A stretch of DNA of 64,000 nt from Ylistrum balloti (taxonomy: Eukaryota), in assembly GCF_031769215.1 (NCBI RefSeq), contig NW_026782491.1, forward strand, positions 206,882-270,881. Direction: 5' to 3'. Each line of letters starts with the position of its first letter. Position 1 is the stretch's first letter. Below, one piece after another: positions 1 to 12,900 of this stretch. Under the pieces are notes generated by a model. It had not been told where the DNA came from. It saw nothing but the letters and a program-made list of their open reading frames with translations, and searched no databases. Both the position numbers and the translations under genes were made by a program.

Positions 1-2683
1 ACCATTTACACTGCACCTGACATGCATATTGGGAGTGTAAACATTAAAATGATACAAGAACATACTGTAATTAAGGTGCACTGCATACAGATAAAATAGA
101 TTTGTGCAATGTTGAGTATTAAAAAGAAGGAAAGCATGAAAACATTTGTTTTTGTGATGTTCGAATACTGGTATAGGGATATGTTGGTGATTAAACTGGT
201 AAAATAGAGGCCAGAGTAAATCAAACGTTCCCAGTTTTAGAATGACAGAACAAGGGCTTTGAAACTTAGACAACATTATTATTAATCTCATAAATGTACA
301 CCTATGCTATTATAGTGCTGTCAGTTTTGACAAGCGGGACCGAATCAGTTTGACAAGCGATAGCTCGACAAGTCGGTCACACTAGAAGAAAAGTGTTCCT
401 GTGGTCTTAAAATTTCTTCATTTATTTTAATGATTTACCTTCAAACAAGTGTAGCCGCGGTCGCCAATAAAAGGCAAATGGAGTATAGCTACTACAGGAG
501 TTAGAACAAGAGACCTAGCGGCCTTGACGGTCACCTGCGATAAGCAATATTGAATATAAAGGTCAGGGAAGGTTTCTACAAAATTTCATTTGTTTACGGA
601 CAAACGACGCACGACGCCGGATGTAGGGTATTAGAATATGTCACCAGGTGACCTAAAAACCGTCACCCGTCCTTTGCCTCAGGCCCGCCCGATTACCTTG
701 TGTACGAGGTTAACGTTTAGGGTGTCCTCAGCTGTCTTTAAGCCGAGTCTTTATCGTAGCTTATATCTAGTGTTGTCCTAAACATTGACCGTTTAATTCT
801 TATACACAAAATCATCTAGTACGGAAATTCATTTCGGCAGCTGTTTAATGTGAAATGATGACTCAGAAGTTAAGCGGCAATATAATTGGTGTCTCCGTTA
901 TCTTCCAGTTATAGTTATAGTCTTGTTAGCCTGAAAAGGGTGATATAGATTTTGGAGCTGTCTGGACACCTTACCTGGTGACCAGTGTTTAGATCAGATA
1001 TGGTCATTTGATTACTATTATAGATTACGGTAGGCTCAACTTATTTCAATCCCGTTTTCATCTAATGATTTTTAAATTAATTAACATCCTGCATGTAACT
1101 AGTCATTTCCATTGTATGCCTTTTGAGCTAGGCACATGTCTACTCTTACTTTCAAGTTTAATACAAGATGGTACCAGACAATTGGAGTTTATTGTTGGTA
1201 TCAGTATCGGAGAGACTTGCGAGGTAACACCAGCCATAACAGACAAAACAATTTTCACGGATTATTTATTATAAGTTCTTGTCTTTCTAGTTCAGAGAAA
1301 TATTGATTCATATGTTGTCTTGTCCTGTGTAGATCATATTGTATTGTTTAACTCATTGTAACATAAATTATGAAGAATCGGCCATGTTGTCATTTTATGA
1401 TATCAGTAAACTATATACGTTTGTGATATAATAAAAAAAAATCTCTGTATAATTGGGCTGCCAATGTCAGTTTAAATGATTTTTAAACAAATTTTATTGA
1501 GTTTTATTTATTTTTTTTGTATTGAACAGTCAAGGATTTTGTTATTAATTTGTATAATACATAATTCATGTGATTTTGCGAGCAATCTTTTTCTGCAAAG
1601 AAACCAACAGGGACAACTTTCCATCAATCTGTATGATGTGCGTGATGATTTCCAGTTCCCTGTCGTGAATATTCCATTTCTTTACAGTTAAACCCATATT
1701 CCCTAATATAGAGCGTTGTCGATATTCAAGAGTTTGTTGAGTATCACAATTTCCACGAATGCTATCGACAATTGAGATATAAACTTACAACACAGAGAGC
1801 GCCAAAAGATGAAGAATGTTGAAGAGATTTGGGAAATATCCTATTTCCATTGTCATATGGAGGTCAACATGTTCGCTGATTGTTAGTTTATTTTGTCGTT
1901 TCGTTGTTGTGTATCTTTTTCTGATTTGATAACACAACATTGCTTATTTGCATTGACGTGTTTCGTTTATTAAGCAAAACCTAAACGTTATTAACATGTC
2001 TGTGTTTTCAATGTTGTTGATATTTCGTGTCACGTCTAATATCTGTATAAAAGAATGAACAAAAACAATCATGGTCTCTGGCATTGGCGACGGGGAACAT
2101 ATGACTAGTCTCGATAATGGACATCCGACCGAAAAAAGACATGTCTTTAGTGTCCATGAATTTAAGAGGTCTAAAGATGTGTATTTCTACCGCTATGCAT
2201 GTGGTAATTATTTCTTCCTCGTGTTTCATAGTGATTGCTGTTGATCTCAAAAGTGTTCTTGCCACTTTTCTTTAACACATTCAACTGAATACTTTTTTGT
2301 CGATCTTATTGTCGCGGAGTCATTAAAAATGCATTGCTGTCGATAGAGTAAATACTTCTGTATGCCTACGGCAGCCAGGGTAATAGCAATCATAGTGTAG
2401 TGTTTACAATGCAAATCTTACGTTTGACCTTTCGCCAAGACTAAGCCATATATTGCGGCATTGCCTCGATGCGCGTTACGTATTCAATAATGCAGAAAGA
2501 AGTTGTCAATAGCACGTTCAAATTAAGCGTCTGATTTTAAGAATATTGTGTCCTTACAGCACATATTCTTAGAGTAAATACACGGGACAGGATTTGATTG
2601 ACAGTCTAAACTTGACATGTTGTAGAAAGTAATAAAATTGCAATTATCTGAATATAAGTGTGTATTTACCTTCAAGTTGTCAT

Positions 2684-3438
2684 GTACCTGTAGTCTGTTT
2701 ATGTACCTGTAGTCTGTTTATGTACCTGGTCAGTTTATGTACCTGTAGTCTGTTTATGTGCCTGTAGTCAGTTTATGTACCTGTAGTCTGTTTATGTACC
2801 TATAGTCTGTTTATGTATCTGTAGTCAGTTTATGTATCTGTAGTCAGATTATGTACCTGTAGTCTGTTTATGTACCTAAAGTCTGTTTATGTATCTGTAG
2901 TCAGTTTATGTACCTGTAGTCAGTTTATGTATCTGTAGTTTGTTTATGTACCTGTAGTCTGTTTATGTACCTGGTCAGTTTATGTACCTGTAGTCTGTTT
3001 ACGTACCTGTAGTCTGTTTACGTACCTGTAGTTTGTTTATGTACCTGTAGTCTGTTTATGTACCTGGTCAGTTTATGTACCTGTAGTCTGTTTACGTACC
3101 TGTAGTCTGTTTATGTACCTGTAGTCTGTTTATGTACCTTTAGTCTGTTTATGTACCTGTATTCAGTTTATGTACCTGTAGTCAGTTTATGTACCTGTAC
3201 TCAGTTTATGTAACTGTAGTCTGTTTATGTACCTGTAATCTGTTTATGTACCTGTAATCTGTTAATGAACCTGTAGTCTATTAATGTACCTGGTCAGTTT
3301 ATGTACCTGTAATCTGTTTATGTACCTGTAGTCAGTTTATGTACCTGTACTCAGTTTATGTACCTGTACTCAGTTTATGTACCTGTAATCTGTTTATGTA
3401 CCTGTAGTCAGTTTATGTACCTGTTGTCACTTTATGTT
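2684..3438. repeat. Tandem minisatellite, ~19-bp unit (tacctgtagtctgtttatg), ~39 copies with point variants
   Basis: Head-to-tail repetition of the unit is directly visible across the span. Confidence 0.9.
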
Positions 3439-5829
3439 TAATGAATTTTTGAAATTAACAACTGATTAGATTACGTCTAATTTAAAAAGTCAACGTAACA
3501 TTACATTTACCTAAAAAGACTTAATTCCGTGACTTCATTAAGATATGCTTCAGGTACTCAATTTTGCTTCTTAACAAATATAGAGAACGTCGGTAAAAGG
3601 CTGGTACTAGATGGACTTGTATGACCGTGTTAAGACGTACTATATATCTAATACACATGTGTATCCAACAACACTGACCATTACAAACACTTGCTGGACA
3701 TAAGGAGTGGCCACCTCTAACCAAGACGTAGTGACTCAGGTAGCAGACGACAAATTTGCCCTGACTGGCTCAAAACACATTACCGCGACCTCCTGTCCCG
3801 ACTCCTATCAGCGTTGCTATGCAACTGTAGTACGCCTCGCGCTGTGAATGTTACGATCTCGACAGATTTTGACTTTGTCTGTGTACAACTCTTCAACTAC
3901 AATATAGTCTGAGGAAATCGTTATCCGTGCAATCTCATTTTCCGCGTCCTGAGTGTCTTGGATCACCACCCGTTTACTTTAATGTCTCTACCTTATGACA
4001 CTATAGTCGACACGTAAAAGCCGAATAAAATCATCCAATCCATTTTAATAATTAATAACAAAATTTTCTCTAATATGCTTTATTGTTGGAAAAGATTTCA
4101 ACAATAAATAAATAAAATTAGGATATTAATAGGCGATTATTCTTCGCAATGGTCGCACACGCGGTATCCGTTTATATCATACACTATGCAAATCACCAAC
4201 ATCCGGGTAACTTCTCTTGTCTCCATCGCCAAGGCGTAATGATGTTCACGTGATCTTATTAAACTTAAAACTCGTCGAGAGACGATTTTAAAAAGATTTA
4301 TTATGCACTGTCTTAAGTTAATGATTAAGATACTTCAATGCTACTTTAGCAGATAACGCGCTTCAAGGCATAGAACGGTGATCTGTAACGTTAACGAGTG
4401 TGATTGATGGTTAGAGAGGGAAGTCTCTTGTTAAAACAAGTTTGTGTTACTCAAGTCGAGACAAGATCCAAATTCCTATGCGCATTAGATTTCACTTTTG
4501 CATGTTGAACTCTGTATCTTAGGAACTTAGGAAACTTTTTCAATCATCTCATCACGTTTATAATCTGACATGTTGCCAAACTTCAGCTAAAAGCGATTTA
4601 GTGTTTATAAGACGGTGGATAGCACATGACATGCTTCCGTTTAGGAACAAAATCTCTGCTTCCAGTCCCCGTGCCAATAAACCATTCCAATAAAGGGAAA
4701 CAGTGGAAACGCTACTGGGGCGTCATATTGTAGGGAATTAGTTTGAAACAAGTAAGCCGATTAATACCTTTATTCAAATAATACATCTAGGTACATTAAA
4801 AATTCCAAGTTTAAAAAAAAAAAAAAACAGCAAAGCTTTAATCATAAAAATATCCTTTTTTGGGAATCAACTTATCTTTGACGTCACAATTTGTATTATG
4901 GTTATATTTCGAATCTGAAAGACCAATTAACACATCATATGACTCTTGATTGGGACTGAGTCTACTTAATGCAAACGCTTTGTTCGGAACACAAGTAGAT
5001 TTAAAAAAAAAACAAACAACAACAAAATAATGATGGTTGTGCTTATTTAATGGGCATCCGATGAAACCCCTAAACCTCCAAACAGTCGAACTGAAACTGT
5101 TTAGAAGATATTCCTGTGAAAGAGGGTTCCATGGTTAAATATAGCTCACGGTAGAAACACAGTTCTAAAGCTCCATTATTGCTCTTCTAGAGGCTTGCCA
5201 ATATGAGTTCATACTGATAATTTACTTGTAAGGTTTTTCAATAGATGATATATTCAAAGGCATTAAGACGTGTATGATAATAAGTGGCATGTGCGTTCAT
5301 AAGTAAATGTTACGAGCATGATGAAATTCGTTCCATTAAAGAAAAGCCGTTCTGCATATCCTCTGACTAGGGGATGGCGTATGGCGCTTTGTGAGCTATC
5401 ATGTAGCTTTCCGACTGGCGTTGCTAGGCAACCGCGATCTGCTCCAGTACTGCCTATGATTACTGAAGGAAGATTGTTCAGCAACGCAGACAACCCTGCG
5501 GTGGGCTGTACAGTTTAAAATGGCTGATACTCGGTCGTGAAATAAAACAATCTGTTATGGAATCTAACTACGTGAACGGTGTTTTGATATCCTGACAGGA
5601 TTATAAAATTTCCTTGAAAAAAAAACATGTTTTTATATTTCTTATTTTATGCTGTATTAGAATTGGTAGTAGCAGAAATTGAATTATTGATTTAGAAACC
5701 TTGTTTAGTGCTTCAGAATGTGATTATTTGAAATTGCGTCAATGAATAAATTTCGCGCGTTAAAAAAAAAGAAAAAAACGAAAACGATTTAAGTGTTCTT
5801 GAAACTATAGTGGTATTTGTACAGCGCTA

Positions 5830-6125
5830 CTGAATCACGTGGTTTCCAGGAGGTACATACCTATTACATCATGTGGTTTCCTCTAGGTAACTCAAACCGA
5901 GGTGACATGGTATTCAGGAAGCTATGATCTGACCCTATTCGATCCTGCTTGATGGCGACTCTTTGTTCAAGAGGTATTAAGTATCTATATATACCTACTG
6001 CATGTCGTGGTTTCCAAGACGTCTCGGGAATTACATGATTTCTGGATTTTCCGTCATCCTATTTGATAGTATGTTTTCCAGGAAATGCTCCACACAACCC
6101 TAAAGAAACACGTGGTTACTGAGGA
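5830..6125 (+). promoter_or_regulatory. Homotypic cluster of five ~20-bp motifs (CA[CT]GTGGTTTCCAGGA-like); two copies contain TTCCAGGAA; TATATATA at ~5986
   Basis: Motif copies start at 5836, 5871, 6001, 6071 and 6109. CACGTG is an E-box. TTCCAGGAA fits the STAT/GAS consensus TTCNNNGAA. Confidence 0.3.
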
Positions 6126-6237
6126 ATACCCAGTTTAATTTATTAACAATACTCTGTCTTAATCTTAATTGACACGGAAAGGCATTGCTTTCTTTTGTGT
6201 CTTGTGTCGTGCATACCATCCTTATAACCTATGAAGG

Positions 6238-6312
6238 GTGGGCAGATTGCGCAGTGGTAACGCACTCGCCTTTCACGTGGCCGTCTGGGGTTCGATTCCC
6301 TATACTATGCAT
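6238..6312 (+). mobile_element. tRNA-derived SINE head (tRNA-like, not a functional tRNA)
   Basis: A-box-like GCGCAGTGGTAA and B-box GGGGTTCGATTCCC are present. The anticodon and acceptor stems do not pair. It shares TTCGCCTTTC...GGGGTTCGATTCCC with the copy at 56190-56352. Confidence 0.55.
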
Positions 6313-9019
6313 TTCGGGGAAAAACGTACCAAGGTGAAGTATGTCTATTACAAAGAATTATTGTGAATAGAGTAAATATTGAATGTTGATGAAAAATTTG
6401 GAGGAAAATTAAAAACTTCATAGAAATAACATTGGCACTTTGCATACCATTGAACGGATGTTGAGAGCATCGTGTACCTTTTTAACTGTAGTAGTTTTAC
6501 AGATTCATGCCTTATGAAGGGCCGTAATTGATTAAAACGGACATGTGTTTCCTATTCACGTAGTTCAATGTTTTACCATCTGTTGACATGTATGTAGTAG
6601 GTCTGATGAACATGTTGTGTTGTCGCCGCGACATAACACCACCATTGGTAATTTCCGCATCTACATCTTACAATGCATTTTTTTGTACAGAGCGTGCGCA
6701 GGGACAGGTAGGTAGGTAAGCAGGCAGACTTTTGATGATGTTTCTTCATGTAAATCCTGTTGCCCTCGTTCCAACGCTCTTAAATGCGAATTAAGATTTT
6801 GTCGACATGTCGGTATTTTTTTCTCACAATACATTGTTTTCTGTATACAAGGTAATAGATAGATACAGAACAAATGGTAACACCATCAAAATTCATTATA
6901 GTGTCTTTGTAATAGGATTCCCACGATTTCTACTGTGCTGTTTACTAGCACTATAACGAAGGTAAATGACATTCGATTATGAATGACCCTCTGTTCAGCT
7001 GGTCATTAAAACACGTAAATCATAACGGACCTTGCAGAAACCAAAGCATCAACAAAACGCTTTAAACCAAATAAATATGACACACTAGTTCTGAAAAATT
7101 AAAAAAAAATACAGGTGGGATGTACTTAACTGTAAACGTGCTTTTAATCATTGAGTTAAAAACTAAGGCGGTGTACTAAATTAGACGACTAATATGTGTA
7201 TCTTGATAGGTAAACACCGCCATTACATAGATTAGCGAGGTGGGAAGAAGTCTTGATAAGGCGTTCGGATTATCTTTGCTCTGTATTACTCAGTATTCAT
7301 AAGTTTTCTTGGCATTTTGCTCCAGTTTGGAACTTGCTAGAATACCACCGTTGTATCTATTCCTTAACATCGTTGCTAGGTAACCGCTATGGCTGTGCAA
7401 CAACTGTTTTCAGCGGGCTTTAGCTTTTATGATCCTGCACATACTCGATACATATATTACATGTGATGCGTATGCTTGATGTGCACTGTTACTTCAGGTT
7501 GTTAGTGTTGGACCTACTCTGCCTGCTGGACTATATTGACAATGTTTCATGTAGATATATATCTACGTGGCATGCATCATTGAAAGTCCTGCTTAGCCGA
7601 CCAGAATAATGGGTGTTAGAGAGAAGATTGAAAATGCCACAGCATTTATGTATAAAATCAATATTATAACGTTTCATATTGGATTTTCTGGTCACATGAT
7701 CTTTTAAAATAAAAACCACATTGTGTGGGATAAGTTATTTCTCACTCCAGAGTGCCGGGCTGCTGAAGCCGATGATGAGCACGAAGAAGAACCAAATATA
7801 ATTGGTCTCATTAATAAAGAAAAAAGGTGTTCACAAATCATTATGGTGCTGTGCTAGGCGGCAGCATTATTACATTGTAATATTCTGTCGAGTTTGAAAG
7901 GACAATATTAAAAATAACGGGTTTCACTCAAATTTGTAAAGAGTGTTATTCACTTGTGTCTCTTTGGTACAACCTTCGAGGTGGTATATGGACAAAGCTG
8001 GTGGACTTTTAGCCCCTAAGGTTTGATGTAAACTGTATACATTAAATCGATTTTACAGTGGCACGGTTCAGAATATATATACATACACTTGATGGTCCTT
8101 ATCAGAATTATCAGATTTATAGAAATTGAAATTACAATATTTATTGAATTATAGGGTTAGTACACCACCCCATCTAGATTTGATCAATTTCGGTTTTTCT
8201 CAGTTGTCTCCCTTATTTCAAAATTAAGACCTCAAACATCTCAGACGAGTCTTAAAATGACGAAACAGCTGAATGATGCATTAGAATTCATTATTTGGCT
8301 TGCCGTATCCAATTTGTGTTGAAAGGTGATTTCATTTGTGTGTCCTTTGTACAATGTTGAAGCGAATGTAGTCTTTAGCTTGGTTTTATATTGCTTAGCG
8401 TCATCCCAGGACGGCTTCCCGATGTATACAAGATGGCTACATATGTTATTTGAGTATGTTGCGTGTATTTTTTGTGGGAAGTTGCGATAGGATCATGGAA
8501 GCCCCCTTGTGATAGTTTTGAACTGATGCCGACTTGACAGTGTTTCCAAACTGAAGGCACCCATTAGAACACCACACTGGGGGACAGAACCCGAAGCCTT
8601 CCTCCAAACGGTGTTTGCTCACTTGGGAGTCAAGCGTAGTGCATTGTCAAGGAAGAAAACAAGAAAAACAACAGCCGTTTATAATCAAGGGAAAGGAACA
8701 GACTAATATAGGTTCTTCTCATCGTGCAATAAGGACAACAGGTACAATTCTTATAAACTAAAGGGACATGGGAGTCAGATCAAGCCTATTGTTTCATAGA
8801 ATTCAGTCGTTCTGTATTGGCAAACACTTCAAGCAAATTATAAAGGTTTCCAGATTATCCAGACTATCAACATTCACGGTCTGGTCAGTTTTTCAGCCTT
8901 TCCTGAAAGCGATTCATATTAATTCTGCGATGTATTTTTGACGATAAGATTGAACACAAGTGAATAGAAACATTTAATACCAACTTATATCAAACACAGT
9001 AGAACAGACAACGAATTTA

Positions 9020-9090
9020 GTTGCATCATACAGCTGTTTCATCCTTCTGGGTCTCGTAAGTGATGCTAAGAGCCTAAATAATAAACCCAT
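9020..9090 (+). repeat. Dispersed ~45-bp conserved module (cttctgggtctcgtaagtgatgctaagagcctaaat); further copies at 48700-48775 and 55130-55195
   Basis: Three unlinked copies show ~80% identity by eye. Flanks are not conserved. Confidence 0.5.
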
Positions 9091-9289
9091 TAAGACGGAA
9101 AGGAAAATCTCAGAGTGAAATGTTAATGTCTTGATAAGGAAGTATACTAATCCCATAACTTGATAAATTTCCGATTTTTTATCATTTTCGAAATAACGTC
9201 AAGTGCATATATTCATATGACCTATCCAACCATCCGTATGTGTACAGGAAGAAATATGATCAAATAGTCCAGAGAGCGAAGTGACATCA

Positions 9290-9900
9290 CTCTGACATCA
9301 TTTTCATTTCCTTTAAGTAATACCTTATACCCTGATAACAATACTGTAAATATGGTTGTTTTTGAGATGCCCTTTCACCCTGATAGCAATAAGGTAAAGA
9401 TTTTTTCTCTCGTTTTTCTAGCCTAATAACAATGTTGTGAGAAATGGCTGTTTTTGTGAGGTGACCTGATAACAGAACTGTAAAGATTGTTGTTTTTGAT
9501 AAGTTCTTTTTACCACGACAACAATACTGTAAAGATTGTTGTTTTTGAGATGCTCTTTCATCCTGATAACAATACATGTTTTTCTCTCTCGATTTGTTCA
9601 GCCAAAAACAATACTGTGAAGAGGTAACCTGACAACAGAACTGTAAAAAATTGTTTTTAAATGCTTTTATCACACTGATAATAGTACTGTAAAGATGTTT
9701 TTTTTTATAAAGATTTTTTCAACCTGATAAAAATGCTGTGAAGATAATTGTTTTAAAGATGTGATCTGACGACAAAAACTGTGAAGATTGTTGTTTTTTA
9801 AATGCCCTTTTCACACTGATTACAATGCTGTAAAGATATTTGCTTTTGAGAGATGTTCTGATAACAATACTGTAAAATTGGTCATTTTTGAGAGATGGTC
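9290..9900. repeat. Complex tandem repeat: ~60-bp subunits (ctgataacaatactgtaaagattgttgtttttgagatgc) in a ~180-bp higher-order unit
   Basis: Visible periodicity. ORFs 9287-9673(-) and 9820-10014(-) translate as internally repeated peptides. Confidence 0.8.
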
Positions 9901-12900
9901 TTTTCTAGTATGAAATAAAGTAACTACAACAGTACACTGTTGTCCGATTCGTAATTTCCTTTGAAAATGTTGGATAAAACGAAAAAATAACAATTTAAAA
10001 TAAAACTTTTGCATGGCTTGATTGAAATTAAACAGTTTTATTATGCAATCAGAAATTTAAAAAATATGTAAAACGGCTTCAGCAGTTAGTATTTGTCAAT
10101 ATATTTGCAATATATGTATATATATTTATATCACAAAAATGCTGCATTTTATGTGTCATATCTGTTTCAAATATGAGAGACAACTTTTTTCCATATTATG
10201 TTTTTGGCCTTTTGCCCTCTTGTTCCTTGGTTGCTTTTTTTCAGTCAATTTGAATGCATCATTAACACGACGGTTCACTCTTGCTCGGGGTTTGAAAAAG
10301 AAAACAAAAATGGTGTCCCGTCCTTTTCTTTACAGCTGATTACTTACTGGATACCTCGTGTGTCTTAGTCATTGCGGGTATAATTAACATACTGAAGCTA
10401 CCATCACATGAATTCTGTATGTTTTTCCGTTTCTAATCGATCTGTGTTTTACGTATAATGGTAGTGGTGAGTCACTGATTGGCCGGAGCTTCAATCTACG
10501 ATTATCTCCTTTCTTATCTTTGGTTAACTACTTAACATACACTTGCACGTCTGCATAAGACCTTCAATAAAACCGAGAGGTAAACCGGCCCCACGAAATG
10601 CATAATAAACAGACTGGTCATCCGTCATGGTAAAACTGTTCTGTTATGCAGCAATTAATAGTCAATCGGACCTGTTCTATTGTTTTGGTCGTTTAAATCG
10701 CAGAAATGAACTTGAGGACACTTGTAAAATATTAGACATCATTGAGCTATGACGTCATGAATATGAGGCGTATTTCTCTGCCTCACTTGTCTGATGCTGA
10801 CCAGAAAACAAAATGTCGCCAGCCCTGAAAATATTAGTAAGGAAGTATTCTGTCTTGCCGACCTATTTTCTTTTGAGAAAAAATATCGCTGTGATATTTC
10901 TTTCGAATTTTTATAAAAATATGGGAGTTAGTCTTTTTGTTACTAGTCCCCAGTTCTCTTCATAAGGGATCTGTATTACTCCATTGCTTTCAGTATTGAT
11001 CTAATCCAGAGCATCTGGCAAACAAGTTAGGACACACAATCAAATGAGTGAAAGAGAATTTTCCTCTCCAAATTGTTAGGAATCGTATAGGTGTAAAATT
11101 GTATAAGGATTGCTTGTTCTAACTGAAATCAATACTTTCTTTTAGTCCATAATATTTTGAAAGAAGACTTGACACCAGGCAAAATTGTAGAACTTATTGA
11201 CATCGTGTATTTGCCGTAATATATGAAAACAGTACGATCACAAGATGGACTTGCGCCTAACCACCGTAGTCTTGCCACACAAATACTTTTAGAACCCTTC
11301 AACCACACGCGCCTTATTAACATTTGCAGCAAAGCATGGAGAGTCACATATCTATGACGCCATTTGTAATATCAGGCACAAGCGAACAGCCATGCACAGA
11401 GCCTATTGTCATTTTACGTTATTCAGAAAGGTTCAAGAAAATTCAACTACAAAAGCATGCGAATGGGTTACAGCTACTCGACTGTGGTGTGTCGTTTATC
11501 CGAGATCAATATAGCGCGTTCGGGCAGTACAGACATAACAGGACTGGTTGCCAGAAAGAGAGGAAATACAGCGATATTACTCTGTCTTTGCCAGGCCGTA
11601 TAGCAGACGACACAGGGCAGCCGATCAGGCCACCAAACTGTACAAACAATGCTGGCTGGCTGGCGATCACGTGGCTCTGTCTGGGTTAAGTCTTTAAAGG
11701 CCTAGCCAGGCATATCGAGATGGTGTTGGTCCCAGCATACCGACCAGATTAAAATCGTCCGCTGAAAGTACTGTATAACACAGCACGTAGCAAGGGAACC
11801 CTTTTGTTAATTGTCATTGAGGAGATAACATCATGTTCTCCTGGGCAAATTCTTATAGCACAATTTCTGTATACATAGATATCTTTACAGACCTTCGCGT
11901 GAACCATATTCATAGCTTACAGATAGAACGCTCAACATGAAAAAATACCATAAACTTTCTAATCATCTTAATAAAGGATTCGTAGTTTTTCTCTTCTGGA
12001 TTGATGTCATTTGGGTTAACACAATATTGTATTTCGGCGTGAAATTCCGATTTTTGTATAACGTTCTGTTAGAAGGAAATGCAATGTTAATAGTATTTGT
12101 TTTGTCCATTTTCAAATCGCATGTCTTCTCCTTCTTTTTGGTTTGATGTAAACTCGGTTCAAGATATCACACGATATGTTGAGTCATGGTATTTGTACGT
12201 ATACATCAAACTATGAAGGAAACACTAAGCAAGCCAAATCGCTGTTTCGTCTGCTTGTGTTTTGTACACCACAACATAGTTTTTATTATGTCACATCGTT
12301 TCATAATGCTGTATATATCCCATGGTTTCCTATTTTAATGTGTAGCAGCTGGATTTATATTAATGCAACAATATATATTACCACGTATCGATGAAATAGT
12401 TCATGGTTACTATGGCAATGCACACTACCAATTCTCGTCTTTAACGAGACGAATATTTGATGTATAAAGGTATCACCAGTATCAAGCAGAAAACTCCATG
12501 AAATAGAGGTGTGCATGATATCCCCTACAGATCTCACGTACCTGCCGCCACGTGTTTTTATCACTGGTGTACCTGGTAATGACTCCTTTTGTTATTGCTG
12601 TTTCAGAGCTACAGACCTACTCAACTGTGATCGTTTCTGATGAAATAGTTACACAGACGTGTTTAGTTGTGTGCAGAGTAAAGCACCACAGGCTGATATT
12701 ATGAAAGCAGGAAAACCGGAAGTAGTTCATTTGATCTTTTACTACAACCGGAAGGCGTGCAGATGAATACTAGTCTGCTGTTCATAAATCGGTAGTTGCC
12801 TTATAATGTTACGCTATACAAACGTATATTGAAATCGGCTAAGATGTGAAAGAGACCTTTTTTAATTCAGGGAACTAATAAGCCGTTTGACCTCCTTTGA

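Noticed and set aside
300-370. Triple GACAAGCG direct repeat (tttgacaagcgggaccgaatcagtttgacaagcgatagctcgacaagtcgg)
   Set aside because: Three copies of an 8-mer in 70 bp could be a binding-site cluster, but there is no supporting context.
2684-3438. Tandem repeats as CRISPR arrays
   Set aside because: The units abut without spacers, and the locus is eukaryotic with introns and SINEs. These are minisatellites.
6238-6312. tRNA-like sequences at 6238, 29684 and 56190 as functional tRNA genes
   Set aside because: The D- and T-arm-like boxes are present, but the anticodon and acceptor stems cannot be paired. Long non-tRNA bodies with a shared central motif are typical of SINEs.
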